Positions 1-8,893 of a DNA stretch of 64,000 nt are shown here, in pieces. Source of the DNA: Hyphomicrobium sp. (GTDB lineage: Bacteria; Pseudomonadota; Alphaproteobacteria; Rhizobiales; Hyphomicrobiaceae). The position numbers and the translations under genes are program-made. The notes beneath the pieces are model-generated. The model saw only the letters and a list, made by a program, of their open reading frames with translations, made no database searches and was not told the DNA's origin. Each line of letters begins with the position of its first letter. Position 1 is the stretch's first letter. The stretch is taken from contig JAFWGI010000016.1 in assembly GCA_017512425.1 (NCBI GenBank), positions 636,577-700,576 of the forward strand. The letters are read 5' to 3'.

Positions 1-726
1 GTGCGCGTCGATGCCGCCAATGAACCCGACGCGCGGCCGCTTCAAAACCGCAACGTCCGCTGGGCCGGGCGATTTACATTTTCCGGCCGCGACGAAGGTT
101 TCGAGATCGACGCCGTGCGTGATCAACACCTGACGTTTTACGTCGGCCTGCTCCTCGGTCATCATCGCGGCATTGCAGTAGACGACGAGATCGGCGGCAG
201 CCTTCAGGCGATCGATTTGCGCGCCGACCACGTCGGGGTCGGCCTCGGGAAATGCTTCGAAACGGTCGGTGCGCTGCATGACGACCGCCGCATGCGGGAT
301 CTCATCGATCAGCGATGCGCCGGCCGGGCAGTGAATCCACAGCAGCGGATTTTTGATCCCCGCACGTGCAGCGGCCATTTTAATCTGCGGTGCGAGCGCC
401 CATCCCGAAAGCTTCTGGCCCGTCGGCCCCGGAACCATCGCCGGAGAAAACACCCAGAAATTGTTCTCGACCCGCACCATGCCGCGCGCGAGGCTTTTGA
501 GCTTGCGCGCGAACTTGGCCGCAAACTGCGTTTTGTCTGCGATGGACGGCATGCGGACCGCAATCGAATTGACGAACAGAACCGGCCAGTCCTCCGCTAA
601 GCGGCGCATCACCTGGAAATCGAAATGGCCGCGATTGTGATACCACCAGTCTTCGCCACCGATGCAGATGATGCCGTCGAACGGCATATCCGCGATATCC
701 ATGCGCTCAGCCCCATTGCCCGTCAT
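1..726 (-). CDS. Glycosyltransferase family 1 (GT4-like), N-terminal 242 codons; 3' end lies beyond the window start
   Basis: Own minus-strand translation from ATG at 726..724: MTGNGAERMDIADMPFDGIICIGGEDWWYHNRGHFDFQVMRRLAEDWPVLFVNSIAVRMP...KRPRVGFIGGIDAH. It stays open to position 1. It is absent from the ORF track because there is no stop in the window. The layout resembles the N-terminal Rossmann half of EPS-type GT1 enzymes. It is divergent from the GT2 gene. Confidence 0.55.
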   Translation of the reverse strand, partial: MTGNGAERMDIADMPFDGIICIGGEDWWYHNRGHFDFQVMRRLAEDWPVLFVNSIAVRMPSIADKTQFAAKFARKLKSLARGMVRVENNFWVFSPAMVPGPTGQKLSGWALAPQIKMAAARAGIKNPLLWIHCPAGASLIDEIPHAAVVMQRTDRFEAFPEADPDVVGAQIDRLKAAADLVVYCNAAMMTEEQADVKRQVLITHGVDLETFVAAGKCKSPGPADVAVLKRPRVGFIGGIDAH

Positions 727-878
727 CGTGCTCGCTCCGCGCACCTCGTACCTCGGACGAGTGTCGACGCTTCGCGTTAATCGTTCGTTAGTGTCTCGGG
801 GCCGGCTGGACTTCATTAATGGAGAGTTAGTGGCGTTTCGGTAGGCTCGCGCCAGATTTGCACCAGAGATTCGGCGCC

Positions 879-2669
879 ATGACGGCTGAGACTTCTGCGG
901 AGTCAGCGATCGACATTTCGATCCTGATGGTCAGCTACAATACGCGCGCGATGACCGCGGCGGCGCTCTCGTCCGCCGTCGCCGCGACGCGCAGGGCGTC
1001 TTACGAGATCATCGCCGTCGACAATGCGTCCGAGGATGGATCGGCGGAGATGCTGATGGCGCATCCATCGCATCCAAAGGTCATTGCGTTGCCGGAAAAT
1101 GCGGGCTTTGCCGAGGGCAACAATATCGCGGCGCGTTCCGCGCGCGGGCGGTATCTGTTGCTGCTCAATCCCGACACGGTCGTGCACGACGGCGCCATCG
1201 ACGCGCTGTTGGCTTTCGCGCGCGCTAATCCTGAAGCACGGATCTGGGGCGGACGCACAGTGTTTGGCGATGGTGCGCTCAATCCGGCGTCGTGCTGGCA
1301 CCGCATGACGCCGTGGAACATGGTCTGCCGTGCCAGCGGCCTGACGGCGATTTTTCCGAAATCCGAAATCTTTAACGGCGAGGCATTCGGCGGCTGGAAA
1401 CGCGATTGCGAGCGTAGCGTCGATATCGTCTCGGGCTGCTTCCTGCTGATCGAGCGCGCACTCTGGGAGCAGCTCGGCGGATTCGATCCGGCATTTTTCA
1501 TGTACGGCGAAGAAGCCGATCTGTGTCTCAGGGCTCGCGCATTCGGCGCAAGGCCGATGGTGACGCCATCGGCAACGATTCTGCACTACGGCGGCGCATC
1601 CGAGCGCACGCGCTCGGCGAAGATGGTGCGGCTGCTGGCGGCCAAGGCCCTGCTCATTCGGCGCCACTGGCATCCAGCGCTGCAACCGCTCGGATTGGTG
1701 CTCAATGCGGCGTGGCCCTTATCGCGCGCGCTTGCGACGGGCATCGCCGCGCCGCTTTCAAGCAATGACGTACTTAAGGAAACCGCGAAGACGTGGCGCG
1801 AAATCTGGTCGCTGCGGTCCGAATGGCAGGGCGGATATCCGGTGCCATCAGAGAAAGCCCAGATTCCGCCGCGCATCGTCCGCACGGATAACGCGCCATT
1901 GCAGCCGCGCTACACGATCGCGACGCTGGTGACCAAGCCCGCGGACTACGCAGCGATGCGCGCCTCTTTTGCGCTCGGCGGCTTCGACGATACGACGTGC
2001 GAATTTCTGCATATCGACAACAGCGGCGCCGAGCAGACCGATGCCTTTCGCGGCTTGAACGCGCTGCTCGACGCGGCTCGCGCCCCACACGTCATTCTCT
2101 GCCACCAGGACGTCCGGCTGCTGACCGACGATATCGACACGCTCGGCGCACGCCTCGCAAACCTCGATGCGCATGATCCCACGTGGGCCGTGGCCGGCAA
2201 TGCCGGTGGCGTCGCACCGGGCCGCCTCGCGCTGCGCATCAGCGATCCGCACGGACGCAATCAATCGACCGGCGCATTTCCGGCGCGCGTCATGAGCCTG
2301 GACGAGAATTTTCTCGTCGTGCGCCGCACGGCGCGCGTCGGCTTTTCAGGTGACCTCAGCGGTTTCCATTTTTACGGCGCCGATATCTGCCTGCAGGCCG
2401 AGCAGAATGGCCGTCGCGCCTACGTCATCGATTTCCACCTCGAACATCTTTCCCCCGGCAAGAAGGACGCGAGCTTCGCAGCGGCGGAGCGCGCCTTCGT
2501 TGCAAAGTGGTCGCGCACGGTCAGCCCGCGCTGGATGCAGACGACGTGCACGCTCGTACATCTGACGAACAATCCTGTGCGCCGTATCATCGGCCGCCTC
2601 ATCGACGCGCCGATCGCCAAGATCACGCGGCGCCTTGCGGCGCTCCGGTCGAAGAAATTGCCGGCCTGA
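879..2669 (+). CDS. Two-module glycosyltransferase: N-terminal GT2 (GT-A fold) plus a second GT-A-like C-terminal module
   Basis: The N-terminus ISILMVSYNTRAMT...YEIIAVDNASEDGS...LLLNPD is a typical GT2 signature with DxD-like acidic motifs. The C-terminal ~250 aa (RYTIATLVTKP...HIDNSG...CHQDVRL...DENFLVV) looks like a second nucleotide-sugar transferase module. The ATG at 879 is preferred over the TTG at 858. Confidence 0.8.
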   Translation: MTAETSAESAIDISILMVSYNTRAMTAAALSSAVAATRRASYEIIAVDNASEDGSAEMLMAHPSHPKVIALPENAGFAEGNNIAARSARGRYLLLLNPDTVVHDGAIDALLAFARANPEARIWGGRTVFGDGALNPASCWHRMTPWNMVCRASGLTAIFPKSEIFNGEAFGGWKRDCERSVDIVSGCFLLIERALWEQLGGFDPAFFMYGEEADLCLRARAFGARPMVTPSATILHYGGASERTRSAKMVRLLAAKALLIRRHWHPALQPLGLVLNAAWPLSRALATGIAAPLSSNDVLKETAKTWREIWSLRSEWQGGYPVPSEKAQIPPRIVRTDNAPLQPRYTIATLVTKPADYAAMRASFALGGFDDTTCEFLHIDNSGAEQTDAFRGLNALLDAARAPHVILCHQDVRLLTDDIDTLGARLANLDAHDPTWAVAGNAGGVAPGRLALRISDPHGRNQSTGAFPARVMSLDENFLVVRRTARVGFSGDLSGFHFYGADICLQAEQNGRRAYVIDFHLEHLSPGKKDASFAAAERAFVAKWSRTVSPRWMQTTCTLVHLTNNPVRRIIGRLIDAPIAKITRRLAALRSKKLPA

Positions 2670-2674
2670 CCCTC

Positions 2675-4138
2675 ATGACCCTCGCAAACGAAGAGACATC
2701 TCCCTCGCGCCGCCAAATCGCCGGCCAAGGCATGCTGCTGTTTTCCGGGTTCGGCGCGGCGCAGATGCTGTCATTTGTGCGCAATGCGCTCGTCGGCCAC
2801 GCCTTATCCAAAGGCGACTTCGGCATCGCGGCCGCGATTACAATTACGCTGCAGATGGTCGAGACGCTGAGCGATCTCGGCAGCGACCGCATGATCATGC
2901 AGGCGCGGGACGGCGATACGCCGCGGTTTCTCGCGGCGTCGCATTTGCTGCTCGCGGTGCGCGGAGCTGTGCTGGCCGTCATCCAGTTCGTTGCCGCACC
3001 GTTTGTTGCGGCGGCGTTTGGCGCGGCGCACGCGGCCACCGCGTTCCAGATCGCGGCGCTCGTGCCACTGATCAAAGGCTTCATGCATCTCGATTTCCGC
3101 ATCGCCCAGCGCAACTTCGACAATCGTCCGCAGCTGCTGGTCGATGTTCTGCCGCAAGCCGCCGCATTGCTCGCAACCTGGCCGCTGCTGATGATAGTGC
3201 GCGACTATAGCGCCGTTGTCGCTTTGTCGTGTGCGCAGGCGCTCGCTGCAACCCTGCTCTCGCACGTTCTGGCGCGGCGACCGTATCGACTTGCGGTCGA
3301 TGCCGATATCTTTATCCGTCAACTTCAGTTCGGCTGGCCGATCCTTGCGAGCGCGTTGCCGCTTGTCGCCGTCTACCAGGGCGATCGCATGATCATCGCG
3401 CATTTCGCTGGCGTCGAACAACTCGCCAATTACACGGCGGCCTTCATGGTGACGATGGTGCCGGCGTTGATCGCGGCGAAGGTTGGCCACGCGCTGATGC
3501 TGCCTCTGTTTGCCGGAAGCGTGCGGCGCGGACAATCTTTGCAATCGAAGTTTCGCGTCGCCGGCGAAAGCGCCGTCGTCATGGCAGCGATTTATCTCGC
3601 GGGCTTTATCGTCTGCGGTGGCGCTGTCCTGCCGCTGATATTCGGCGCGCACTACGGTGATCTTGGCGCGGTCGTCGGCTGGCTTGCGGCGATGTGGGCC
3701 TTGCGCATGATTCAGTCGGCACCCGGCATGGCGTTGATGGCGCATGGCGAGACGAAGCCGTTTCTGATCGCTGGCGTCATTCGCGCGGCGGCATTGCCGG
3801 TTGTCGGGTACGCCGCCGCGAACGGAAGCCCCTTGATGACGCTCGCCGCGATCGGTTGCGCATTCGAAGCACTATCACTGGTCTATATCGCTGGCCGGTT
3901 GGAAGTGCTGGAGCGCGGGCTTGGCGTCATCCTGGCAAGCCGCACGGCCTTCATGGCACCAGCGGCATTGTTGGCTCTGCTTAGCGCGCAAGCGTCGCCG
4001 CCCGGGACGCTTTGTTTGGTTGCAACCGCAGCCGGCGTCGTCGCCGTTCTGGCGGCATCGGCGCTCGCGGTCATGCCGTCGCTCAATGCACTCGTGCGGC
4101 GCGCGATACGCAGCAAAACGCACGCATCGGCGATCTAG
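2675..4138 (+). CDS. Polysaccharide/oligosaccharide flippase (MOP/Wzx-like polytopic membrane protein)
   Basis: About 487 aa and hydrophobic throughout, with roughly 12-14 predicted TM segments. It starts 6 nt after the GT2 stop. The ORF-track start at 2507 overlaps the GT2 gene, so the ATG at 2675 (MTLANEE) is preferred. Confidence 0.7.
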   Translation: MTLANEETSPSRRQIAGQGMLLFSGFGAAQMLSFVRNALVGHALSKGDFGIAAAITITLQMVETLSDLGSDRMIMQARDGDTPRFLAASHLLLAVRGAVLAVIQFVAAPFVAAAFGAAHAATAFQIAALVPLIKGFMHLDFRIAQRNFDNRPQLLVDVLPQAAALLATWPLLMIVRDYSAVVALSCAQALAATLLSHVLARRPYRLAVDADIFIRQLQFGWPILASALPLVAVYQGDRMIIAHFAGVEQLANYTAAFMVTMVPALIAAKVGHALMLPLFAGSVRRGQSLQSKFRVAGESAVVMAAIYLAGFIVCGGAVLPLIFGAHYGDLGAVVGWLAAMWALRMIQSAPGMALMAHGETKPFLIAGVIRAAALPVVGYAAANGSPLMTLAAIGCAFEALSLVYIAGRLEVLERGLGVILASRTAFMAPAALLALLSAQASPPGTLCLVATAAGVVAVLAASALAVMPSLNALVRRAIRSKTHASAI

Positions 4139-4155
4139 CTCGTAATCGAATTGGA

Positions 4156-5412
4156 TCAGCTCGAAGCGGGACGCGGTGCGCTCGCGACACCGCGCGGCGC
4201 GGTAACGGCATGCGCCGTGCGGCCGGCGAGGGCCAGCTCGTAAGCCGCGAGCAACCGCGCACGTTCGTTTTCCCAGCGCAGCAGCGCTCTCGAGCGCGCA
4301 ATACCTTCTTCGCCGAGCGCACCGCGCAAGTCTGCATCGTCGAGCAGGCGCGACATCTGGCTGGCAAGGGCATGCGGATCATTGTTGCCCGCGTAAAGTG
4401 CCGCGTCGCCAGACGCCTTGCGGGTTTCGCCAAGATCGAACGACACAAACGGAATACCGAGCGTCATATACTCGAAGACCTTATTCATCGAGATCTTGTC
4501 GTTGTAGGTGTTCTTCGGATCGGGAATGACACCGATGTCGAAAGTCGAAAACGCACTGAGCAGCGGTTCGCCAGACAGGAAGCCCGTGAACGTGACAAAA
4601 TCCTTGAGGCCCTTGTCTGCCACCATCGCCTGAAGGCGCGGCAATTCAGTGCCCGACCCGACAATGACGCATTGCGTATCGGCGCGGCCCTGAAGGTTGA
4701 CGATATCGTCCATCGCTTCGACGAGCAGATCGACGCCGTCCTGCGCACCCATGATGCCGACGTAGCCGACGAGATTCTTGCGGCCGTTCTTCAGCGCGGC
4801 GTTCGGCGCGATACGCTTGAAGCGCGCCATATCCGGCACCGAGCGGACGACGAAGACGCGATCGGCGCTCATGCCGCCGCGCTTGATGGCAATGTCCTTG
4901 AACGTCTCGTTGGTCGCAATCGCAACGTCGGCCGTTTTGAAGGTCAGCTTCTCCAGCCACGTCAAAAGCGTGTGGAAGCGGCCGCGCTTGTTGAACTTCG
5001 CTTCGAACAGTTCGGGATTGATGTCGTGATGATCGAAGATGAAGCGCTTACCGAAGAGATATTTCCAGAAGCCGCCAATCAGGAACAGAAGATCGGGCGG
5101 ATTGCAAGCCTGCACCGCGTCGAAGCCGACTTGCCAATAGGCTTTGACGGAGAGCGCGAATTCCCACGTCAGCGCCCAGGAGTATTCAAGTGCGTAGCCG
5201 AGCGCGCCGTCGGCCTCATAGGGCAACGGATGGCGGAAAATGTTGATGCCTTCGAGCACCTCGTAGGGGGCTGTATAGTTGCCCCCTTTGGGACAAACAA
5301 CTGAGACCGTGTAGCCGGCGTCGCGCAGTGTGCGCGCTTCCTGCCAGACGCGGCGGTCGAGTGGAACCGTCAGGTTCTCAACGATAATCAAAATCCCCGG
5401 CGCTTTTTGCAC
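4156..5412 (-). CDS. Glycosyltransferase family 1 (GT4)
   Basis: The sequence ILIIVENLTVPLDRRVWQEARTLRDAGYTVSVVCPKG... together with the C-terminal E-x7-E-like region (FDIGVIPDPKNTYNDKISMNKVFEYMTLGIPFV) is typical of GT1. The GTG at 5412 is preceded by GGAG 8 nt upstream. Confidence 0.85.
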   Translation of the reverse strand: MQKAPGILIIVENLTVPLDRRVWQEARTLRDAGYTVSVVCPKGGNYTAPYEVLEGINIFRHPLPYEADGALGYALEYSWALTWEFALSVKAYWQVGFDAVQACNPPDLLFLIGGFWKYLFGKRFIFDHHDINPELFEAKFNKRGRFHTLLTWLEKLTFKTADVAIATNETFKDIAIKRGGMSADRVFVVRSVPDMARFKRIAPNAALKNGRKNLVGYVGIMGAQDGVDLLVEAMDDIVNLQGRADTQCVIVGSGTELPRLQAMVADKGLKDFVTFTGFLSGEPLLSAFSTFDIGVIPDPKNTYNDKISMNKVFEYMTLGIPFVSFDLGETRKASGDAALYAGNNDPHALASQMSRLLDDADLRGALGEEGIARSRALLRWENERARLLAAYELALAGRTAHAVTAPRGVASAPRPASS

Positions 5413-5669
5413 GCTTTTACTCCGCACCCACAGACGAACACGTCCGACTCCCACCAGACCGCCGAAGTGTGCCCGCGAGAAGTAAAAGAACGCTGGAGTA
5501 TTTCTCTCCAATTGATGCGGGTGCCGTTTCAATTCGGGACAGCGTTGCGGCGATGCCGAACGCGCGTTCAGCGCCAGCCAGGCAAATCGCCAGCTGGCGC
5601 GAATTTTGCGGCGTGCTAAGAAGGGTTGAGAAAGTCTTAAGGTCTTCGCGCCGCGTTCGAGGTGACGAC

Positions 5670-5909
5670 ATGTTCGGAGTATTCAAGAAGGCGCCGCCCA
5701 AAAACGCTCGCGTGCAGCGCATCGACCTGGCGTCGGTCCGCGATACGCTTGCATACATCGAAAGCGACCTCGACACCGCGCCCGAGCTGCAGCGCGTGGC
5801 GGAGGCCGTACGCGCGGCGCTTGCCGAGATCGACCGCATTGAACTGACGAATGGCGCTGCCGTTCCGGCGGCAATCACCGACGCGCGCTTCGTGCCGATT
5901 GGCGTGTAA
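5670..5909 (+). CDS. Hypothetical small protein (79 aa)
   Basis: The ATG at 5670 follows GAGGTGA. The ORF is followed by a strong hairpin terminator. I recognised no family. Confidence 0.45.
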   Translation: MFGVFKKAPPKNARVQRIDLASVRDTLAYIESDLDTAPELQRVAEAVRAALAEIDRIELTNGAAVPAAITDARFVPIGV

Positions 5910-5940
5910 CGCAACCACTGACCGGTCCAGTCTTTGAAAC

Positions 5941-5978
5941 GAAAAACGGCGGACCATCGATCCGCCGTTTCGTATTTC
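5941..5978. terminator. Bidirectional rho-independent terminator
   Basis: Stem ACGGCGGA (5946..5953) pairs with TCCGCCGT (5961..5968). It is flanked by an A-run upstream and a T-rich tract downstream. It sits between convergent genes ending at 5909 (+) and 5995 (-). Confidence 0.7.
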
Positions 5979-5994
5979 TGGTTGCAGGCAGCGA

Positions 5995-8604
5995 TCAGAA
6001 CTTGATCTTGACGCCACCGTAAGCCGCGAATGGCATTGCCGGAGAAATGGTGCGCGGGTCGTTGAAGTTGGCGAAGCCGCCGCCAGGTCCCGGCAACGGG
6101 TTGCCGAGGTCCGGCACCTCGTCCGCTTCGAAGAATGTTCCGTAGAGACCGTACCTTTTATCGAAGACGTTCTTGATGAGACCGTAAACCTGGACGTTGT
6201 CGGTGATGTCGTATGAGGTGTGAAGATCGACGCGCGTATAGCCGGCGAGCTTCTTGACGAAATCTTCGTCGTCTTCTTCCAACTCTTCCGACACGTCGTT
6301 CGGATAGAGCGGCTGGCTGCTGGTCGCGATCAAGTCAGCGCCGAACTTCCATTTCGGCGTCAGCCAGTATTCGAAGCCGGCCTTGAAGCGATGACGCGGA
6401 ATGCCGGGCAGACGGTCTCCGGATTCCAGGAATGCGCACTCGCCGCTCGGATCGTCGCAGGAATCCAATGTTGCATCGACGAAGGCGTAGCTCGCGTACG
6501 TGCTCCAGCGGGTTGCTTCATACGTCGCCGACAGTTCGACACCCTGGCGGAGCGTGTCACCAGCGTTCTGGAAGAATACGCGGCCGTCTTCCGTGACGGG
6601 CAGGATGTCATCAGACGCAAGCGTGCGGAACAGGCCCGCGCTCCAGCTGAAGCGATCGCCGTTGTTATAGCTCTGACCGCGGAAGCCGACTTCGGCGGTA
6701 CGTCCGACGACCTGATTGAGCGGCGGATCGTCCGTCAGGAAGCCTTCGACGAGGCACGGCGCTTCCGGTTCGGCACAGCCAAGTTCCGCTGGCGTCGGCG
6801 CGCGGTTCGATTCCGAGTAGCCGCCGTAGACGGCCAGGCCGGGGAGAAGCTTGTAGTTCGCGCCGACCATCGGATTGAAGCGGTCATACCTGTTGGTGAC
6901 GTTGAGGTCGTCAAACAGGCCGGTATTGTCCTGCATCTTGATGGTCGCGTGATTGTACCGGCCGCCGAATGTCAGCGTCAGCTGATCGGTCACATCGAGC
7001 GCGTTCGAGAAGTACAAACCGAAATAGGTGTTGTCGGTCGTCAGGTCGCGCGGACCGACTTCGCTTGGATCATCGAGATTGGCAGGGTCGGCATCCGTAA
7101 TCGTGATGCCCGTGCCTTCAACAACGTATTTGTCGCCGATCGTGCCGAGTTCGCTCGACGTCGTATAGTTCGAGCGACCGCGGTCGTACGAGATGCCTGC
7201 GATAAACAGGTTCGGACGGTCGAATATCCGTGCGCGCTCTTGTGCTTCCAAAACGCCGCCCCAACTACGGCTGCTTGTATTCAGCCGGTCGATGGTGCCG
7301 AATGGCTCTTCAAACGCTGAGATGTTGATAGGGTCCAAACCAGGCGTGCTCGCATCGCGGAGGATGCCACCCATGCCTTCATTGCCGTCATCATCCGGCA
7401 AGCACAGGAAGTCGTCTGGATCCTCACCACCCGGGACGTTCGGATTACCCGCCGCGCATTCGTCGGCTTCGGTGACGTTGCCGTCGACCACGTTGTTTTT
7501 GTAACGGCGGTAATAGGCGGCACCTGCGAACGTCAACGTCTCAGTCGCCCGAACCTTACCCGACAACGTCGGCATCAGAACTTCGAGGTCTGTCGTCTGC
7601 GGCGTGGTGAACGTGTTGCTCCAATCGCGCTGCAGAAGTTCGATCGGCGCCGCGGCGCTCGCACCGAAGTTGTTCTTTGCCGCGGTCAGGCTGAAATGAA
7701 TTTCGGCGTTGTCGCCCTTCAGGCCGAGGTCGCCGTAGAAGCGCTTGACTTCGCTGTCCGAGAAGTCACGAAAGCTGTCATCGGTGATCCCTTCACCAGC
7801 GACGTACAGGCCGACGCCGCCGCTCGACACACCGGCCTGGAGGCCGATTTGCGCGCGACCGAACGAGCCCGCCATGGCGTCGATCTCGCCGCCTTGATAG
7901 CTAAATCCGTCCTTCATCAGAATGCTTGCCGCGCCACCGAGCGCGTTGAGACCGAACGACGGGTTGTTACTCACGATTGACGTGCTGGCAATCGCGTTGC
8001 TCGGGATGACATCCCACTGGACGGTGTCACCGAAGGCTTCGTTGATACGGATACCGTTCTGGTAGACCGCGAGACCCTGCGAGCGGCCGCTGACCGGCGA
8101 CGCGTCAAAGCCGCGGAAGGAAACTTCGGCGCGCATAGGATTGCCCGCAGCGTCCGAAATGATGACGCCCGGCACTTGCTGCTGGAGCGCCTGCTGAACC
8201 TGCATCGTCCCTTCGCGCTTGATGTCGTCATCGCTGACGGTCGTCGACGCGCTCGGAACCGTCGGCAGCGGCGTCTCGACATTCGCCGTGCCGGTGTCTG
8301 CCTCGACCGCAGACGTGGCGGCCGCTGCCGTGTTAGCCGGCGCTGACGCGGGTGCCGGCGCGGAGCTCGTCAGCGGCGATACGGCGACGGCCTTCTTCTT
8401 GTCGCGGGCTGCCTTTTGCACGGGCGTCTCTTGGACGACGTTTACGGCCGGGAGCTCTTCCGTCGCGGTAGGGGCTGCGGCGGGGGGCGGCGTTTGCGCT
8501 GCTGGAGGCGGGTTCGCTGCGCCCTGATCCTGCGCCATGGTTGACGAACTGAGCACTGGCAAACCAAGCGCCGCCACGGTTGCTGCTAAACGCAATCGCT
8601 TCAT
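5995..8604 (-). CDS. TonB-dependent outer-membrane receptor (paralog 1)
   Basis: It has a signal peptide MKRLRLAATVAALGLPVLSSSTMA, a plug-like region (DDIKREGTMQVQQALQQQVPGVII), a long beta-barrel and a terminal ...GGVKIKF. GGGGAGAA lies upstream of the ATG at 8604. Confidence 0.9.
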   Translation of the reverse strand: MKRLRLAATVAALGLPVLSSSTMAQDQGAANPPPAAQTPPPAAAPTATEELPAVNVVQETPVQKAARDKKKAVAVSPLTSSAPAPASAPANTAAAATSAVEADTGTANVETPLPTVPSASTTVSDDDIKREGTMQVQQALQQQVPGVIISDAAGNPMRAEVSFRGFDASPVSGRSQGLAVYQNGIRINEAFGDTVQWDVIPSNAIASTSIVSNNPSFGLNALGGAASILMKDGFSYQGGEIDAMAGSFGRAQIGLQAGVSSGGVGLYVAGEGITDDSFRDFSDSEVKRFYGDLGLKGDNAEIHFSLTAAKNNFGASAAAPIELLQRDWSNTFTTPQTTDLEVLMPTLSGKVRATETLTFAGAAYYRRYKNNVVDGNVTEADECAAGNPNVPGGEDPDDFLCLPDDDGNEGMGGILRDASTPGLDPINISAFEEPFGTIDRLNTSSRSWGGVLEAQERARIFDRPNLFIAGISYDRGRSNYTTSSELGTIGDKYVVEGTGITITDADPANLDDPSEVGPRDLTTDNTYFGLYFSNALDVTDQLTLTFGGRYNHATIKMQDNTGLFDDLNVTNRYDRFNPMVGANYKLLPGLAVYGGYSESNRAPTPAELGCAEPEAPCLVEGFLTDDPPLNQVVGRTAEVGFRGQSYNNGDRFSWSAGLFRTLASDDILPVTEDGRVFFQNAGDTLRQGVELSATYEATRWSTYASYAFVDATLDSCDDPSGECAFLESGDRLPGIPRHRFKAGFEYWLTPKWKFGADLIATSSQPLYPNDVSEELEEDDEDFVKKLAGYTRVDLHTSYDITDNVQVYGLIKNVFDKRYGLYGTFFEADEVPDLGNPLPGPGGGFANFNDPRTISPAMPFAAYGGVKIKF

Positions 8605-8820
8605 TTTGTTATTCTCCCCCGAGATAGCGAAAGGTCCCGAACCCATCAGCCTGCGAATCAGACCCGCCAGGAAAAACACCGGCCTTATTCCAGAAGAACT
8701 CTCGGCCGCCGGACGTCAAGGCATTGCACCTAGGGACTTTTTCCCGATCGCGCCGATCGCTGCAACAACGTGATGTTTTTACATCATGGCATAGTGGCTA
8801 CGCCGAACGGCGCGCGCTCA

Positions 8821-8858
8821 AAAACAAAAGCGGCGCCTCAGTTTCCTGAAGCGCCGCT
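8821..8858 (-). terminator. Rho-independent terminator of TBDR paralog 2
   Basis: A 13-bp stem with one mismatch spans 8829..8841 and 8846..8858. On the minus strand it is followed by a U-run (complement of AAAACAAAA at 8821..8829). Confidence 0.7.
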
Positions 8859-8893
8859 CTCGATCGTTGTTGCGACTGAAGGTCGTTCTGAAC

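Noticed and set aside
1-600. 199-aa plus-strand ORF at the window start
   Set aside because: It is the antisense shadow of the minus-strand GT1 gene (1..726). Its composition is Arg/Gly/Asp-heavy, typical of an out-of-frame high-GC reading, with no RBS and no family resemblance.
4012-5304. 430-aa plus-strand ORF
   Set aside because: It is entirely antisense to the well-supported GT1 gene (4156..5412). It is Arg-rich nonsense-like sequence, a GC-rich shadow ORF.
6220-7320. 366-aa plus-strand ORF inside TBDR1
   Set aside because: It is antisense to a clear TonB-dependent receptor and has shadow-ORF composition.
8605-8893. Cobalamin or other riboswitch in the TBDR leaders (also 11471..11700)
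   Set aside because: I could find no B12-box (GCCACTG-like) or other recognisable riboswitch core by eye. A covariance-model scan would be needed to exclude this fully.
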